This document shows, piece by piece, positions 8,957 through 16,824 of a stretch of DNA of 64,000 bases; positions within the stretch are counted from its first letter, which is position 1; each line of letters opens with the position of its first letter. The translations under genes were made by a program, and so were the position numbers. The stretch is from a virus (lineage: Duplodnaviria > Heunggongvirae > Uroviricota > Caudoviricetes). Below the pieces are notes generated by a model. That model did not search any database. It was not told the origin of the DNA and saw only the letters and a program-made list of their open reading frames with translations. The stretch is taken from IMG/VR virus record IMGVR_UViG_3300018080_000120; one strand, 5' to 3'.

Positions 8957-9250
8957 ATGAAAGATACCAATTTCACGGTAGAAATAGATGTAGGTGATGG
9001 CAGAACCTTACACTTCAATACCGATCAGTTGAAGATAGACATCTATCAATTATCTGGTAAAGAACGGGTAAAGGCAATGCATATATTCGGTGTTGCAGAA
9101 GGGATTATACCAAGAGATCAGCCAGAACAGAAAGTTATGACACTTAAAGCTGAAGCTGTTTGTAAGCCTGATAGTGGTGTTGATGTACTTAAGAGAGGGC
9201 CTCATGGTAATAAGAATAGTGTTATAACCTTTAGTTCAAGTGAAATGTAA
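8957..9250 (+). CDS. hypothetical protein
   Basis: 97-aa ORF downstream of family-2 element. Confidence 0.5.
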   Translation: MKDTNFTVEIDVGDGRTLHFNTDQLKIDIYQLSGKERVKAMHIFGVAEGIIPRDQPEQKVMTLKAEAVCKPDSGVDVLKRGPHGNKNSVITFSSSEM

Positions 9251-9272
9251 TTCACCCGCGACCGATCCACAC
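9251..9272 (+). promoter_or_regulatory. family-1 upstream element E5, degenerate (TTCACCCGCGACCGATCCACAC)
   Basis: left arm conserved, right arm decayed; precedes gene remnant. Confidence 0.5.
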
Positions 9273-9284
9273 TAGGAGACAAAT

Positions 9285-9395
9285 ATGAGGAACGAACAAG
9301 GCTGGATAGTTATAGCCAAAACAGAAAATATACCACCAGTTGATTGCTTTCTACTGGGTAATGAAATCAACGAGTTCGTCAATCATGGTATATAA
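9285..9395 (+). pseudogene. truncated paralog (36 codons) of 6718..7170
   Basis: MRNEQGWIVIAKTENIP... matches MRNEQGWIVIAETKDIP...; DNA near-identical for ~50 nt then diverges to early stop. Confidence 0.5.
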
Positions 9396-9453
9396 GTATG
9401 TATTACTAATATTTTATAACGCCTTTTCGGGGCGTTAGCGGTGATCCAGGAGG
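9388..9453 (+). repeat. family-2 upstream element C (GGTATATAAGTATGTATTACTAATATTTT ... hairpin AACGCC-TTTTCGG-GGCGTT ... GCGTTAGCGGTGATCCAGGAGG)
   Basis: 6-bp perfect hairpin at ~9418-9436 embedded between the two boxes. Confidence 0.6.
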
Positions 9454-9458
9454 TCATT

Positions 9459-9668
9459 ATGGCAAGACAGCAATTTTTCTATTTATTAGAAATTGATGAT
9501 GAAGTTGAAAATGAGGTATTTTACAACACAAAACAAATAGTAGATCACATAGAAGAACAAGGACTGGTCAATGGAGATGAAGATGTACAGGTTTTGAAAG
9601 TAAAGCTCCATAAAGTTATTAAGCCTATTATAGAGAGAAAGATTACTATACCAGAGGATACAGAATAA
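9459..9668 (+). CDS. hypothetical acidic small protein
   Basis: ATG 6 nt after ccaggagg SD (ORF-track GTG 9441 also possible). Confidence 0.5.
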   Translation: MARQQFFYLLEIDDEVENEVFYNTKQIVDHIEEQGLVNGDEDVQVLKVKLHKVIKPIIERKITIPEDTE

Positions 9669-9676
9669 CCCGATAA

Positions 9677-9697
9677 TTCACCCACGACCGATTCGTG
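9677..9697 (+). promoter_or_regulatory. family-1 upstream element E6, compensatory variant (TTCACCCACGACCGATTCGTG)
   Basis: stem CACGA/TCGTG preserved by paired substitutions; 14 nt before ATG 9712. Confidence 0.65.
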
Positions 9698-9711
9698 AGA
9701 AAGAGGAGGAA

Positions 9712-9897
9712 ATGAAGTTATACTTTTTATTCAGAGTCAGTTTGCTAAGCACGACCAAGGATATTTGTAGGAAAGAGATGATGAAACCGGTGAGTGCCAG
9801 CACAGAGCAGAATGCAGTGAATAAACTCTTGCGTTACTTCGATTTTAATCACGAAGGCTGGAAAGTTGAAGAGATAGAAAACTGTACAATATCATAG
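9712..9897 (+). CDS. hypothetical small protein
   Basis: 61-aa ORF. Confidence 0.45.
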   Translation: MKLYFLFRVSLLSTTKDICRKEMMKPVSASTEQNAVNKLLRYFDFNHEGWKVEEIENCTIS

Positions 9898-9918
9898 CGT
9901 TAGCAGTGATCAAGGGGG
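9897..9918 (+). repeat. family-2 upstream element D (GCGTTAGCAGTGATCAAGGGGG)
   Basis: second box only; 7 nt before GTG 9926. Confidence 0.55.
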
Positions 9919-9925
9919 TAAGAAC

Positions 9926-10192
9926 GTGAACATTAAGAAAATAGGTAAATTTATCGAAATAGACCCAACACATTTGTTCTATAAAAAGTATACCATATGG
10001 AGTAATGGAGGCATGTTAGTAGATCGTCGTAAACCTACAAGGGTACAATCATATTTAGATGAATTGCCTCTTCTCTGGGAAGTACTTTTGAAAGCTGCAT
10101 ACTATGTAATTACATGGCCTATTGCAGCAGTTATTAAGTTCGTGTGGTACTTACTTACTGGTATATTTGTTCCTTCTAGGTTTTTAAGGTAG
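9926..10192 (+). CDS. hypothetical protein with C-terminal TM segment (GTG start)
   Basis: 88-aa ORF; hydrophobic C-terminus. Confidence 0.45.
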   Translation: MNIKKIGKFIEIDPTHLFYKKYTIWSNGGMLVDRRKPTRVQSYLDELPLLWEVLLKAAYYVITWPIAAVIKFVWYLLTGIFVPSRFLR

Positions 10193-10212
10193 GAAACAGG
10201 ACAACCTGATTA

Positions 10213-10234
10213 TTCACCCGCGCGAGGATTCGCG
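10213..10234 (+). promoter_or_regulatory. family-1 upstream element E7, compensatory variant (TTCACCCGCGCGAGGATTCGCG)
   Basis: stem CGCGA/TCGCG, loop GGAT. Confidence 0.65.
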
Positions 10235-10252
10235 AGAAAGGGAGGAAGGAGA

Positions 10253-10423
10253 ATGTTTAGACTATTCAAAAAAGACCCTCTAAAAAGGAAGCTAAGAAAG
10301 GCTAAAAGGGCAAAGAAGCAGGAAAGTAAAGCATATTGGAAAGCTGCCGAGGCAAGATGGAAAGAAGGACTTAGAATCGATGAATACATGGAGATGTGTA
10401 TACCGGCTGGAACTATGATTTAA
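10253..10423 (+). CDS. small basic protein (56 aa)
   Basis: strong SD gggaggaaggaga; follows E7; below ORF-track cutoff. Confidence 0.45.
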   Translation: MFRLFKKDPLKRKLRKAKRAKKQESKAYWKAAEARWKEGLRIDEYMEMCIPAGTMI

Positions 10424-10478
10424 ATCCACTACATAAAGCGTAATTCGCCCTGTGGTAACCAACAAGGAGGAGCAGATA

Positions 10479-10793
10479 ATGACAAAATCAGAAATTAACA
10501 GAGTAATGGAGAAAGTCAAACTTAATCCGATGCCTATTGATGAAAAGACAGGAAAACAGAATCCTTGGATATGCCCAAAATGTCAGGCTGAAGGCAAAGC
10601 AAAAGAAGAAATTCTGGATGAGAAAACTGAGTCTGCGGACTTCATGCTCGGAAATGAATCACTGTCGTACATAGAAATGGCGTGTGAATGTGGCTACGAG
10701 TGGTATATTATCTTGGAGTCAAAAGGCTGGACGGATGATGATGTTGCAGCGGAAGATATAATAAGCAAATTCATCCATGAAAAAGAAGAGTAA
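10479..10793 (+). CDS. zinc-ribbon protein
   Basis: CPKCQ...CECG; SD caaggagg. Confidence 0.55.
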   Translation: MTKSEINRVMEKVKLNPMPIDEKTGKQNPWICPKCQAEGKAKEEILDEKTESADFMLGNESLSYIEMACECGYEWYIILESKGWTDDDVAAEDIISKFIHEKEE

Positions 10794-10839
10794 GCAACAT
10801 TATTCATTCGTAGCTATCTGCGAAAAAGGAGGAAAAGAT

Positions 10840-11112
10840 ATGTCTGAGGAGAAAACAAGAGTAATTGACGGAGTCGAATATGAAGAAATGGGCCCTTACT
10901 GTGATATATGTGGGGCTCATATGGGTGAATACTATGATCCTAAGAAGGGATCTTTTATTAACCCGCACAATTATGATGAATACAGCAGCAATGTTTGCCC
11001 AGAATGCGGCCAGGAATATTCTTACGAAGAGGGTGATATGCCTATACTTGATGATGAAATGAAGGCTCTTATACTGGCGCATAACAAAGCGAAGCTCAAA
11101 GGAAAAGAGTAG
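10840..11112 (+). CDS. zinc-ribbon protein
   Basis: CDICG...CPECG; SD aaaggagg. Confidence 0.55.
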   Translation: MSEEKTRVIDGVEYEEMGPYCDICGAHMGEYYDPKKGSFINPHNYDEYSSNVCPECGQEYSYEEGDMPILDDEMKALILAHNKAKLKGKE

Positions 11113-11120
11113 GACAAATC

Positions 11121-11140
11121 TTTACCCGCGGCGATCCGCG
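11121..11140 (+). promoter_or_regulatory. family-1 upstream element E8 (TTTACCCGCGGCGATCCGCG)
   Basis: 13 nt before ATG 11154. Confidence 0.65.
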
Positions 11141-11153
11141 TTAGGAGGATAGA

Positions 11154-11498
11154 ATGATAAATCTTAAAGACTACATTTTAGACAGGATAGCGATTTCGTG
11201 CACTAACTTTCAACCATCGCTAACAGCAATGCGGCTTTTCGGAAGCTCGACCAGCTACGATAATATAGAATATGTATATATCTATAAAGATAACAAACGT
11301 GTGGGCAGCCTTAAGCTGTACTTCGAAGTGGATACTTTTAAAATAACCTTGGATAAAGGCCAGTTAGGTATGTTTAAAGGCAAATCGTATACTGGGCAGT
11401 ACGCCGATTTAACAGCTCTTGATGGAGTGGCCCAATGGCTTATTAAAGAAGCGGTTTCTGAGAACATCGACAAGGCCAAGCTCAAAGAAAAGAGATAA
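11154..11498 (+). CDS. hypothetical protein
   Basis: 114-aa ORF. Confidence 0.55.
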   Translation: MINLKDYILDRIAISCTNFQPSLTAMRLFGSSTSYDNIEYVYIYKDNKRVGSLKLYFEVDTFKITLDKGQLGMFKGKSYTGQYADLTALDGVAQWLIKEAVSENIDKAKLKEKR

Positions 11499-11540
11499 AC
11501 TCTTTATCTACTCAGCGATCCTCATAAAGGTGGTGAAACA

Positions 11541-11738
11541 ATGAACTTCGAAAAAATGAGAGAAACCTGTCCATCACATATTACAGAATATCATGGACAC
11601 TGGCATAAATGTAGATCTCGAATACATCGGGAGACTGCAAGAGGCCAGGTACTCTTTGATGTCTGTAGTAAGAAAAACTGTCCTTTTTTACATGTGTTAA
11701 GGCATGTGTTGGGATTTGTGAAGGAAAAAAGAGGATGA
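11541..11738 (+). CDS. His/Cys-containing small protein
   Basis: 65-aa ORF, SD aaaggtggtg. Confidence 0.45.
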   Translation: MNFEKMRETCPSHITEYHGHWHKCRSRIHRETARGQVLFDVCSKKNCPFLHVLRHVLGFVKEKRG

Positions 11739-11914
11739 TCTCAAAAGAACAATTATTACATATTGTGAGTGTTTGTCCAGATAAGATGCCATCAGAAAAA
11801 GAACTCAAAGATCTGTATGAGTGTCATCTTAGACAATGTAAACATCCAAAGGAAGAAGATGAGTACTGGCAAAGAGTAACGAATAGAGTTAATGATATAA
11901 TAAGAAAAAAGTAG
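11735..11914 (+). CDS. small protein (59 aa)
   Basis: ATGA overlap with upstream; SD aaaagagg. Confidence 0.4.
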   Translation: MISKEQLLHIVSVCPDKMPSEKELKDLYECHLRQCKHPKEEDEYWQRVTNRVNDIIRKK

Positions 11915-11916
11915 TT

Positions 11917-11953
11917 TTTACCAGAAAACGTTTTACCCCGCGGCGATCCGCGG
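11917..11953 (+). promoter_or_regulatory. family-1 upstream element E9 (TTTACCAGAAAACGTTTTACCCCGCGGCGATCCGCGG)
   Basis: third copy of extended box + perfect hairpin. Confidence 0.7.
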
Positions 11954-11966
11954 AGAGGAGGAGAGA

Positions 11967-12146
11967 ATGCTAGTAAAAATCAATTTGAAAGATGGGGAAG
12001 AACCTATACACGGATCATCATGGGATATCGATGAGCCTAGTGGCATGATAATACTGAGAGGAAAAACGCCAGCACCTGATGAGAAAGTATATGAATACAA
12101 TGTACCTATAGATAATATAGTGTATATCCAAGAATTGGAAGAATAA
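11967..12146 (+). CDS. small protein (59 aa)
   Basis: SD gaggaggagaga. Confidence 0.45.
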   Translation: MLVKINLKDGEEPIHGSSWDIDEPSGMIILRGKTPAPDEKVYEYNVPIDNIVYIQELEE

Positions 12147-12154
12147 CCAAATTC

Positions 12155-12176
12155 TTTACCGCGCGAGGATCCGCGC
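12155..12176 (+). promoter_or_regulatory. family-1 upstream element E10 variant (TTTACCGCGCGAGGATCCGCGC)
   Basis: stem GCGCG/CGCGC with GGATCC loop. Confidence 0.65.
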
Positions 12177-12189
12177 TGAGGAGAAGCAA

Positions 12190-12597
12190 ATGAGCTTAAA
12201 AAAATGGATAATAGTAGATTTTGACTGCTATCATGGTTGTAATAATCCGGAGTTTAAGATCGGCTGCGACGAATCCCTTATCCGTATTAAGATCGATGAC
12301 ACTTTGGCCATGAAGCATATGCTTGCCAAAAAATATATGAGAATGCCCTGCCCTCGTTGCGGTAAGGTTGGTGAGCACAAGAGATCTGGCTATTGGCTGG
12401 CTCCAGAAGATGGACAGATGGAAGATTACGATGGGACTACTTTCACTCCTGCGGACGTTCAGGACTACACAGCAGAAATGATGGAAGCGAAAATTTCAGA
12501 AATTGCCCACCTGATAAGCAACAAGAAGGAGGAACTGACAGCCCTTGAGAAAGAAAAGGAGTCTATAAAGGAATGGGTAGAAATTCATAAAAATTAA
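12190..12597 (+). CDS. hypothetical Cys-containing protein (paralog of 6267..6674)
   Basis: 135 aa, same length and register as 6267 product. Confidence 0.65.
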   Translation: MSLKKWIIVDFDCYHGCNNPEFKIGCDESLIRIKIDDTLAMKHMLAKKYMRMPCPRCGKVGEHKRSGYWLAPEDGQMEDYDGTTFTPADVQDYTAEMMEAKISEIAHLISNKKEELTALEKEKESIKEWVEIHKN

Positions 12598-12604
12598 AGA
12601 ACTA

Positions 12605-12626
12605 CCCACCCCGCGGCGATCTACGG
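12605..12626 (+). promoter_or_regulatory. family-1 upstream element E11, degenerate (CCCACCCCGCGGCGATCTACGG)
   Basis: left arm intact, right arm mutated. Confidence 0.5.
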
Positions 12627-12642
12627 AGAGGAGGCAAAAGAT

Positions 12643-12885
12643 ATGTATTTATCAGCCACGCCAGAAAATATGGAAATCGCACTGGCAATCACAAAGGAGC
12701 ATGGTGAAAACGCCAATGTGCAAATAATATCTCGTGATAAACTGAGCGCCTCCAACAAATCATTGAAAGCGCGTCATCCTGATGCAAAAGCTTTTATCTT
12801 TCTGAGCAACATAGATGTGGTATGTTTATGTACTCGGGAACTTGAAAAATATCTTGAAAAACTGGAGAAGGAGAAAGAAAAGTGA
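12643..12885 (+). CDS. hypothetical protein
   Basis: 80-aa ORF. Confidence 0.5.
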   Translation: MYLSATPENMEIALAITKEHGENANVQIISRDKLSASNKSLKARHPDAKAFIFLSNIDVVCLCTRELEKYLEKLEKEKEK

Positions 12886-13079
12886 TAGCAGTTTTTTTCA
12901 TTATAATTTTTGCCACAATGATGATAGCTTTAATGCAAGGAGTAGGATTATGTAATTTTATTACAAAATATGATTGGTCGCCTCTAAAAAGTGTGGTTAT
13001 AACTGTATTTGCTGCATTGGTAGATGGAGTTCTCATGACATGCCTTCTCTATGAAATATGTGGCATATCATTCTTTTAA
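12882..13079 (+). CDS. small membrane protein
   Basis: two TM segments; ATGA overlap. Confidence 0.45.
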   Translation: MIAVFFIIIFATMMIALMQGVGLCNFITKYDWSPLKSVVITVFAALVDGVLMTCLLYEICGISFF

Positions 13080-13088
13080 GGAAAATCT

Positions 13089-13415
13089 ATGATTAAAAAT
13101 CTATTATTATCAATAGTATTTGTTTTATACTGCGGCGCAAATGCTTTGGCGGCTGACAAATGGAATACTGAAGAAAAAGTTCTCTATGGAACTTTCATCG
13201 GATTACAGGCTTTAAACTACGGCAACACAAATGAAGCTTGTGAACAAGGCACGGAAGCAATGCCTCATATGAAGAAAATTCATGAGAAATATGGTTCAAC
13301 AGGTCTTGTTGTTTACAAAGTAGTTACCACAGCAGGTGTTGGTGTTGTAGCTCATTTTCTTCCGAAGCCTTATAGGAGATATTTCCTATGGGGGGGCAAA
13401 TTTCGTTGTTGGTAG
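13089..13415 (+). CDS. secreted protein with signal peptide
   Basis: MIKNLLLSIVFVLYCGANALA signal. Confidence 0.5.
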   Translation: MIKNLLLSIVFVLYCGANALAADKWNTEEKVLYGTFIGLQALNYGNTNEACEQGTEAMPHMKKIHEKYGSTGLVVYKVVTTAGVGVVAHFLPKPYRRYFLWGGKFRCW

Positions 13416-13477
13416 TTTTGTGATACATGATAATTTTGTTGCTGCACATTTCAAATGGTAGGAGGTTAAAAAACATA

Positions 13478-14272
13478 ATGAAAATTGCTGTTCTAAGCAA
13501 ACTGTTCGCTGAAGGGGTAGCACCAGTGGTAGGAAGGCCCTATGCAATAATTAGCATTACCGACCCAACATCGGATAGTGCTACATTCAAACCGAATGAG
13601 TATTGCAGGGGTGTCCTATTCTTAAAGTTTTACGATATTGACTTTACCGACCCGGAAAAAACTGATGACCAAGTTGCCGTGAAAAGAGATTATGGACACG
13701 GTCTATTCACGAATGAGCAAGCAAAACAAATAGTTGACTTTGTTGAAGAAATCAAAGACAAAGTGAAAATCATCATTTGTAATTGCGATGCTGGCATTTC
13801 TAGGTCATCAGGTGTTGGTGCTGCCATTCAGAAATATCTAACCGGCTCGGATAAAGAAATATTTAACGATAATCGATATCTGCCAAATATGTATGTATAT
13901 CGGAAAGTTCTAAATGAGTTTTACAAGGAGGAAATAACGATGCAAAAATTTCAACGAGGACAAAGAGTACGAATAACAGATAAAATGCCTTCTTCTATGT
14001 CGCATTTTGAATGTGACTGCGAAGCTATTGTAGAATATACTTATACTGAAAGATATCATGGAGGCGAAAATAATGATAAAGAATATTCTTTGTTTATTCT
14101 TGTGGAACCTGGTACAAAGCTCGTGAGTCTGGAAACTGGCGAAGTGAGTACCGATAGAGAAGGATACTCAATTTCTTGGTACAAAGAAGACCAACTTACA
14201 TTGGTAAACAAAGACCCAAAACCAGGCCTTGAAATTCTAAAAAGAGCTGGCAGAGAAATAACATGGAAATGA
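13478..14272 (+). CDS. dual-specificity/tyrosine phosphatase-like protein with C-terminal extension
   Basis: ICNCDAGISRSSGVGAAI = CX5R(S) P-loop (HCxAGxxRSG-like); SD ggtaggagg. Confidence 0.55.
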   Translation: MKIAVLSKLFAEGVAPVVGRPYAIISITDPTSDSATFKPNEYCRGVLFLKFYDIDFTDPEKTDDQVAVKRDYGHGLFTNEQAKQIVDFVEEIKDKVKIIICNCDAGISRSSGVGAAIQKYLTGSDKEIFNDNRYLPNMYVYRKVLNEFYKEEITMQKFQRGQRVRITDKMPSSMSHFECDCEAIVEYTYTERYHGGENNDKEYSLFILVEPGTKLVSLETGEVSTDREGYSISWYKEDQLTLVNKDPKPGLEILKRAGREITWK

Positions 14273-14583
14273 AAAAACGAGAATGGATGTACGTCCAGCA
14301 GCCAGCCGAATATGAAATGAGCTGTGACAAATGTGGTGGGGTTAATATCACATGGTCAGAATTCGAAGGTCATATCTGGTGTTACGACTGTGAAATAGAC
14401 ACACCAGGAAATGCTGGTGTCTTTGATGGCCCAATCCCTCTGGCCACAGCCGCTTTGCTCGGAATGAACTTCTCCATAGTCTACCTTGAAACTGGCAAGG
14501 TCGAAACACCGGTCGTAGAGCATGGCCGAATCGTGTGGAAGGAGATAGACTTAAAGAAAGGGAAAACAAATGGTCAGACTTAA
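14263..14583 (+). CDS. zinc-ribbon protein
   Basis: CDKCGG...CYDCE. Confidence 0.5.
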   Translation: MEMKKREWMYVQQPAEYEMSCDKCGGVNITWSEFEGHIWCYDCEIDTPGNAGVFDGPIPLATAALLGMNFSIVYLETGKVETPVVEHGRIVWKEIDLKKGKTNGQT

Positions 14584-15025
14584 ATATAAAAATACCTTCA
14601 TATATCTTACAAATGCAGAGCATATAAGCTTGCTGGCTCGATTCAATATTCTAAATTTTAAACCTCAGCACTATGTTTCTGGATGGCTAATAAACGAAAC
14701 GCCGTGCGTTTTGTGTAAAAAATACCGCAAGTATGATGGCGACATTCAGATTTGTCGTGAATGCCCATTTGATGGGATATTCGAAAAAGACAATTATGCT
14801 GTCTTCGGATGCATAACGGTTATGAAGGGCATTTTGAAAAAACTAGTATGTGGATTTAGTCCCTTCGATATTAGCGTAGAATCTATCAGCTTCCGCGAAT
14901 TTGAAAAAGATAAATGTACAAAGATTTTGGAGTTACTTACCAACTTTCTTAAAAGCGGTGTGAAAATTCCATTTTGGAGAAAAATTCCATTTCGGATAGA
15001 CCAAAAACCACAAAAAGGGAGATAA
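14570..15025 (+). CDS. Cys-rich hypothetical protein
   Basis: 151-aa ORF; CVLCKK...CRECP. Confidence 0.5.
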   Translation: MVRLKYKNTFIYLTNAEHISLLARFNILNFKPQHYVSGWLINETPCVLCKKYRKYDGDIQICRECPFDGIFEKDNYAVFGCITVMKGILKKLVCGFSPFDISVESISFREFEKDKCTKILELLTNFLKSGVKIPFWRKIPFRIDQKPQKGR

Positions 15026-15027
15026 AA

Positions 15028-15393
15028 ATGGGATTGGATGCAAATATTCTGTGTATTGGAAAATTTAGTGAGGATATCAAGAACGCTCTTGATTATTCCC
15101 ACAAAGATGATACTGAGGATGAGGATGCTTACGCAGATACAGCAGAGGGTACGATAGTAATTTCTCATCTTTGTAATTGCAATACAACTGACCAAAGTAT
15201 GCGATTGTCTGATGCTCTTGGTATAGAAGATCCTTGGGATTTCAACCAACATGCTTTTACTGAAGAAAGAGTGGACTGGGACGAACTGATTGAATTATCT
15301 GATAATTGTGCTGAATGGGATATTGATGATGTAAACTATTTACGGGATCTGCTTAACAAAGGATTCCTTTGTATTTATCAACCAAATGGATAG
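15028..15393 (+). CDS. acidic hypothetical protein
   Basis: SD aaagggagataaaa-ATG; D/E-rich. Confidence 0.5.
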   Translation: MGLDANILCIGKFSEDIKNALDYSHKDDTEDEDAYADTAEGTIVISHLCNCNTTDQSMRLSDALGIEDPWDFNQHAFTEERVDWDELIELSDNCAEWDIDDVNYLRDLLNKGFLCIYQPNG

Positions 15394-15404
15394 GGAGAAT
15401 GACT

Positions 15405-15704
15405 ATGCATAAATATATATCAATATTATTAATCAGTCTGTTTTGTGTGTCAGCATTCATTACTCCTCTGGCTGCTTATGAGCCACAAGTAGGGGAAGAG
15501 TTCAAAGTAATACTTAAAGTGGTTATATATACCAGAGATGGCGAGCGAGTTAATGAAATCCTTACAAACAACATAAGATTTCTTCGACAATGCTTGGAAG
15601 TGCATCCTAAAAGGACTCCTATAATCAATGGATTAGGACACACAATATACATACCATATTCAAATATAAAGGCAGTGATAGAGAGAAGAATTCATACCCA
15701 ATGA
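15405..15704 (+). CDS. secreted/membrane small protein
   Basis: signal-like MHKYISILLISLFCVSAFITPLAA. Confidence 0.5.
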   Translation: MHKYISILLISLFCVSAFITPLAAYEPQVGEEFKVILKVVIYTRDGERVNEILTNNIRFLRQCLEVHPKRTPIINGLGHTIYIPYSNIKAVIERRIHTQ

Positions 15705-16042
15705 TATACTATGAATACGATGATGGCTGGTACTTCCTATTAGATGAGACTCGGCAATGTCTTTGGTCTGGAAAAGAGATAGCTGTAGGATTTTCCTATG
15801 ACCCTGACGATGATCCCATTCCCGGCACTCTCCATAAGCACGGTAGTCCAGAAGCCATAAATAAGTGGGCTGCTGAGCAGCGTAAACTATTGAGTGCAGC
15901 TGGACTCCAGGATATGGCCAAAAGAATCATTGTAGTTTCCGGTCAGATTCCAGTTGAAGATCTGAATAAGATCATTTCTATCAGCGGATACGTCGGGATA
16001 TGGTACAAAAGAATGCAAGAAAAAAAGGAGCGTAATGAGTAA
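15701..16042 (+). CDS. hypothetical protein
   Basis: ATGA-coupled 113-aa ORF. Confidence 0.5.
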   Translation: MIYYEYDDGWYFLLDETRQCLWSGKEIAVGFSYDPDDDPIPGTLHKHGSPEAINKWAAEQRKLLSAAGLQDMAKRIIVVSGQIPVEDLNKIISISGYVGIWYKRMQEKKERNE

Positions 16043-16217
16043 AATAGGAGACACATTAAGATCCATGTGGAAGAAACTTGGAGAAGTTCCAGACTGCCCA
16101 GCATGTGGAGGAACAGGGGAGCCAACAGGCAGATATAAAAACTTGGCCGTCCAAGTATGGTGGAAAGGAAGGCTTGTCACTGTCTGCCATAATTGTGAAG
16201 GCCGAGGAAAAGTATAA
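16035..16217 (+). CDS. zinc-ribbon protein
   Basis: CPACGG...CHNCEG; SD aaaaaggag. Confidence 0.55.
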   Translation: MSKIGDTLRSMWKKLGEVPDCPACGGTGEPTGRYKNLAVQVWWKGRLVTVCHNCEGRGKV

Positions 16218-16269
16218 AAAGAAAGGAGTAAGTGATGAACAACCCATTAAAAGAAGTTATGGCAACTTT

Positions 16270-16824
16270 ATGAAAAACGTGCTTGAAGATTTTGAAAATG
16301 GTGAAGTATTCAATCTAAAAAAAGAAGAATCTCTATTTGGCCCTTCTGATACCCCCGCCGTGATCCTGCATAATCCCAAATATCCTCATAATGTTGGTGC
16401 AGTAGTTCGGGCTTTATCTTGCTTTGGTGGTAAAACCTTGGTTTTTACAGGCAACCGGGTTTCTTTAACTCCGCCGGAAAATAAGGGGTATCGCTTACCG
16501 AGAGAGGAAAGAATGAAGGGATACAAAGATGTCACCATGATCAATGATGACTACCCTTTCAATCGCTTTTCTAAAAATGTTATTCCGGTCGCAATAGAAG
16601 TAAGGCGTAATTCTACACCATTGCCTATTTTCGAGCACCCTGAAAATGCTGTCTATGTGTTTGGGCCTGAAGATGGTAGCATTCCACAGGTTATGCTCCA
16701 ACATTGTCAGAGATTCGTGGTGATTCCGTCCAAACACTGCTTAAATTTGGCAGCGGCGGTGAACGTTATTCTTTATGACAGAATATCAAAACTTAACATA
16801 CTTATAGAGGAGGACATAAGATGA
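16270..16824 (+). CDS. SpoU/TrmH-family (SPOUT) RNA 2'-O-methyltransferase
   Basis: PHNVGAVVRALSCFG, VYVFGPEDGSIP, VVIPSKHCLNLAAAVNVILYDR = SpoU motifs 1-3; start chosen after upstream zinc-ribbon gene (ORF track extends to 16078). Confidence 0.75.
   Translation: MKNVLEDFENGEVFNLKKEESLFGPSDTPAVILHNPKYPHNVGAVVRALSCFGGKTLVFTGNRVSLTPPENKGYRLPREERMKGYKDVTMINDDYPFNRFSKNVIPVAIEVRRNSTPLPIFEHPENAVYVFGPEDGSIPQVMLQHCQRFVVIPSKHCLNLAAAVNVILYDRISKLNILIEEDIR

Noticed and set aside
6218-12642. Interpretation of the repeated palindromes as integron attC sites or MITEs
   Set aside because: The elements sit in a fixed orientation fused to the SD immediately 5' of start codons. They are uniform in length and lack flanking target-site duplications. 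No integrase was seen. A promoter, operator or RNA-hairpin role fits better.
16078-16269. N-terminal 64 codons of track ORF 16078..16824
   Set aside because: They overlap the well-formed zinc-ribbon gene 16035..16217 in another frame. The methyltransferase is annotated from the in-frame ATG at 16270 instead. The true start remains somewhat uncertain.
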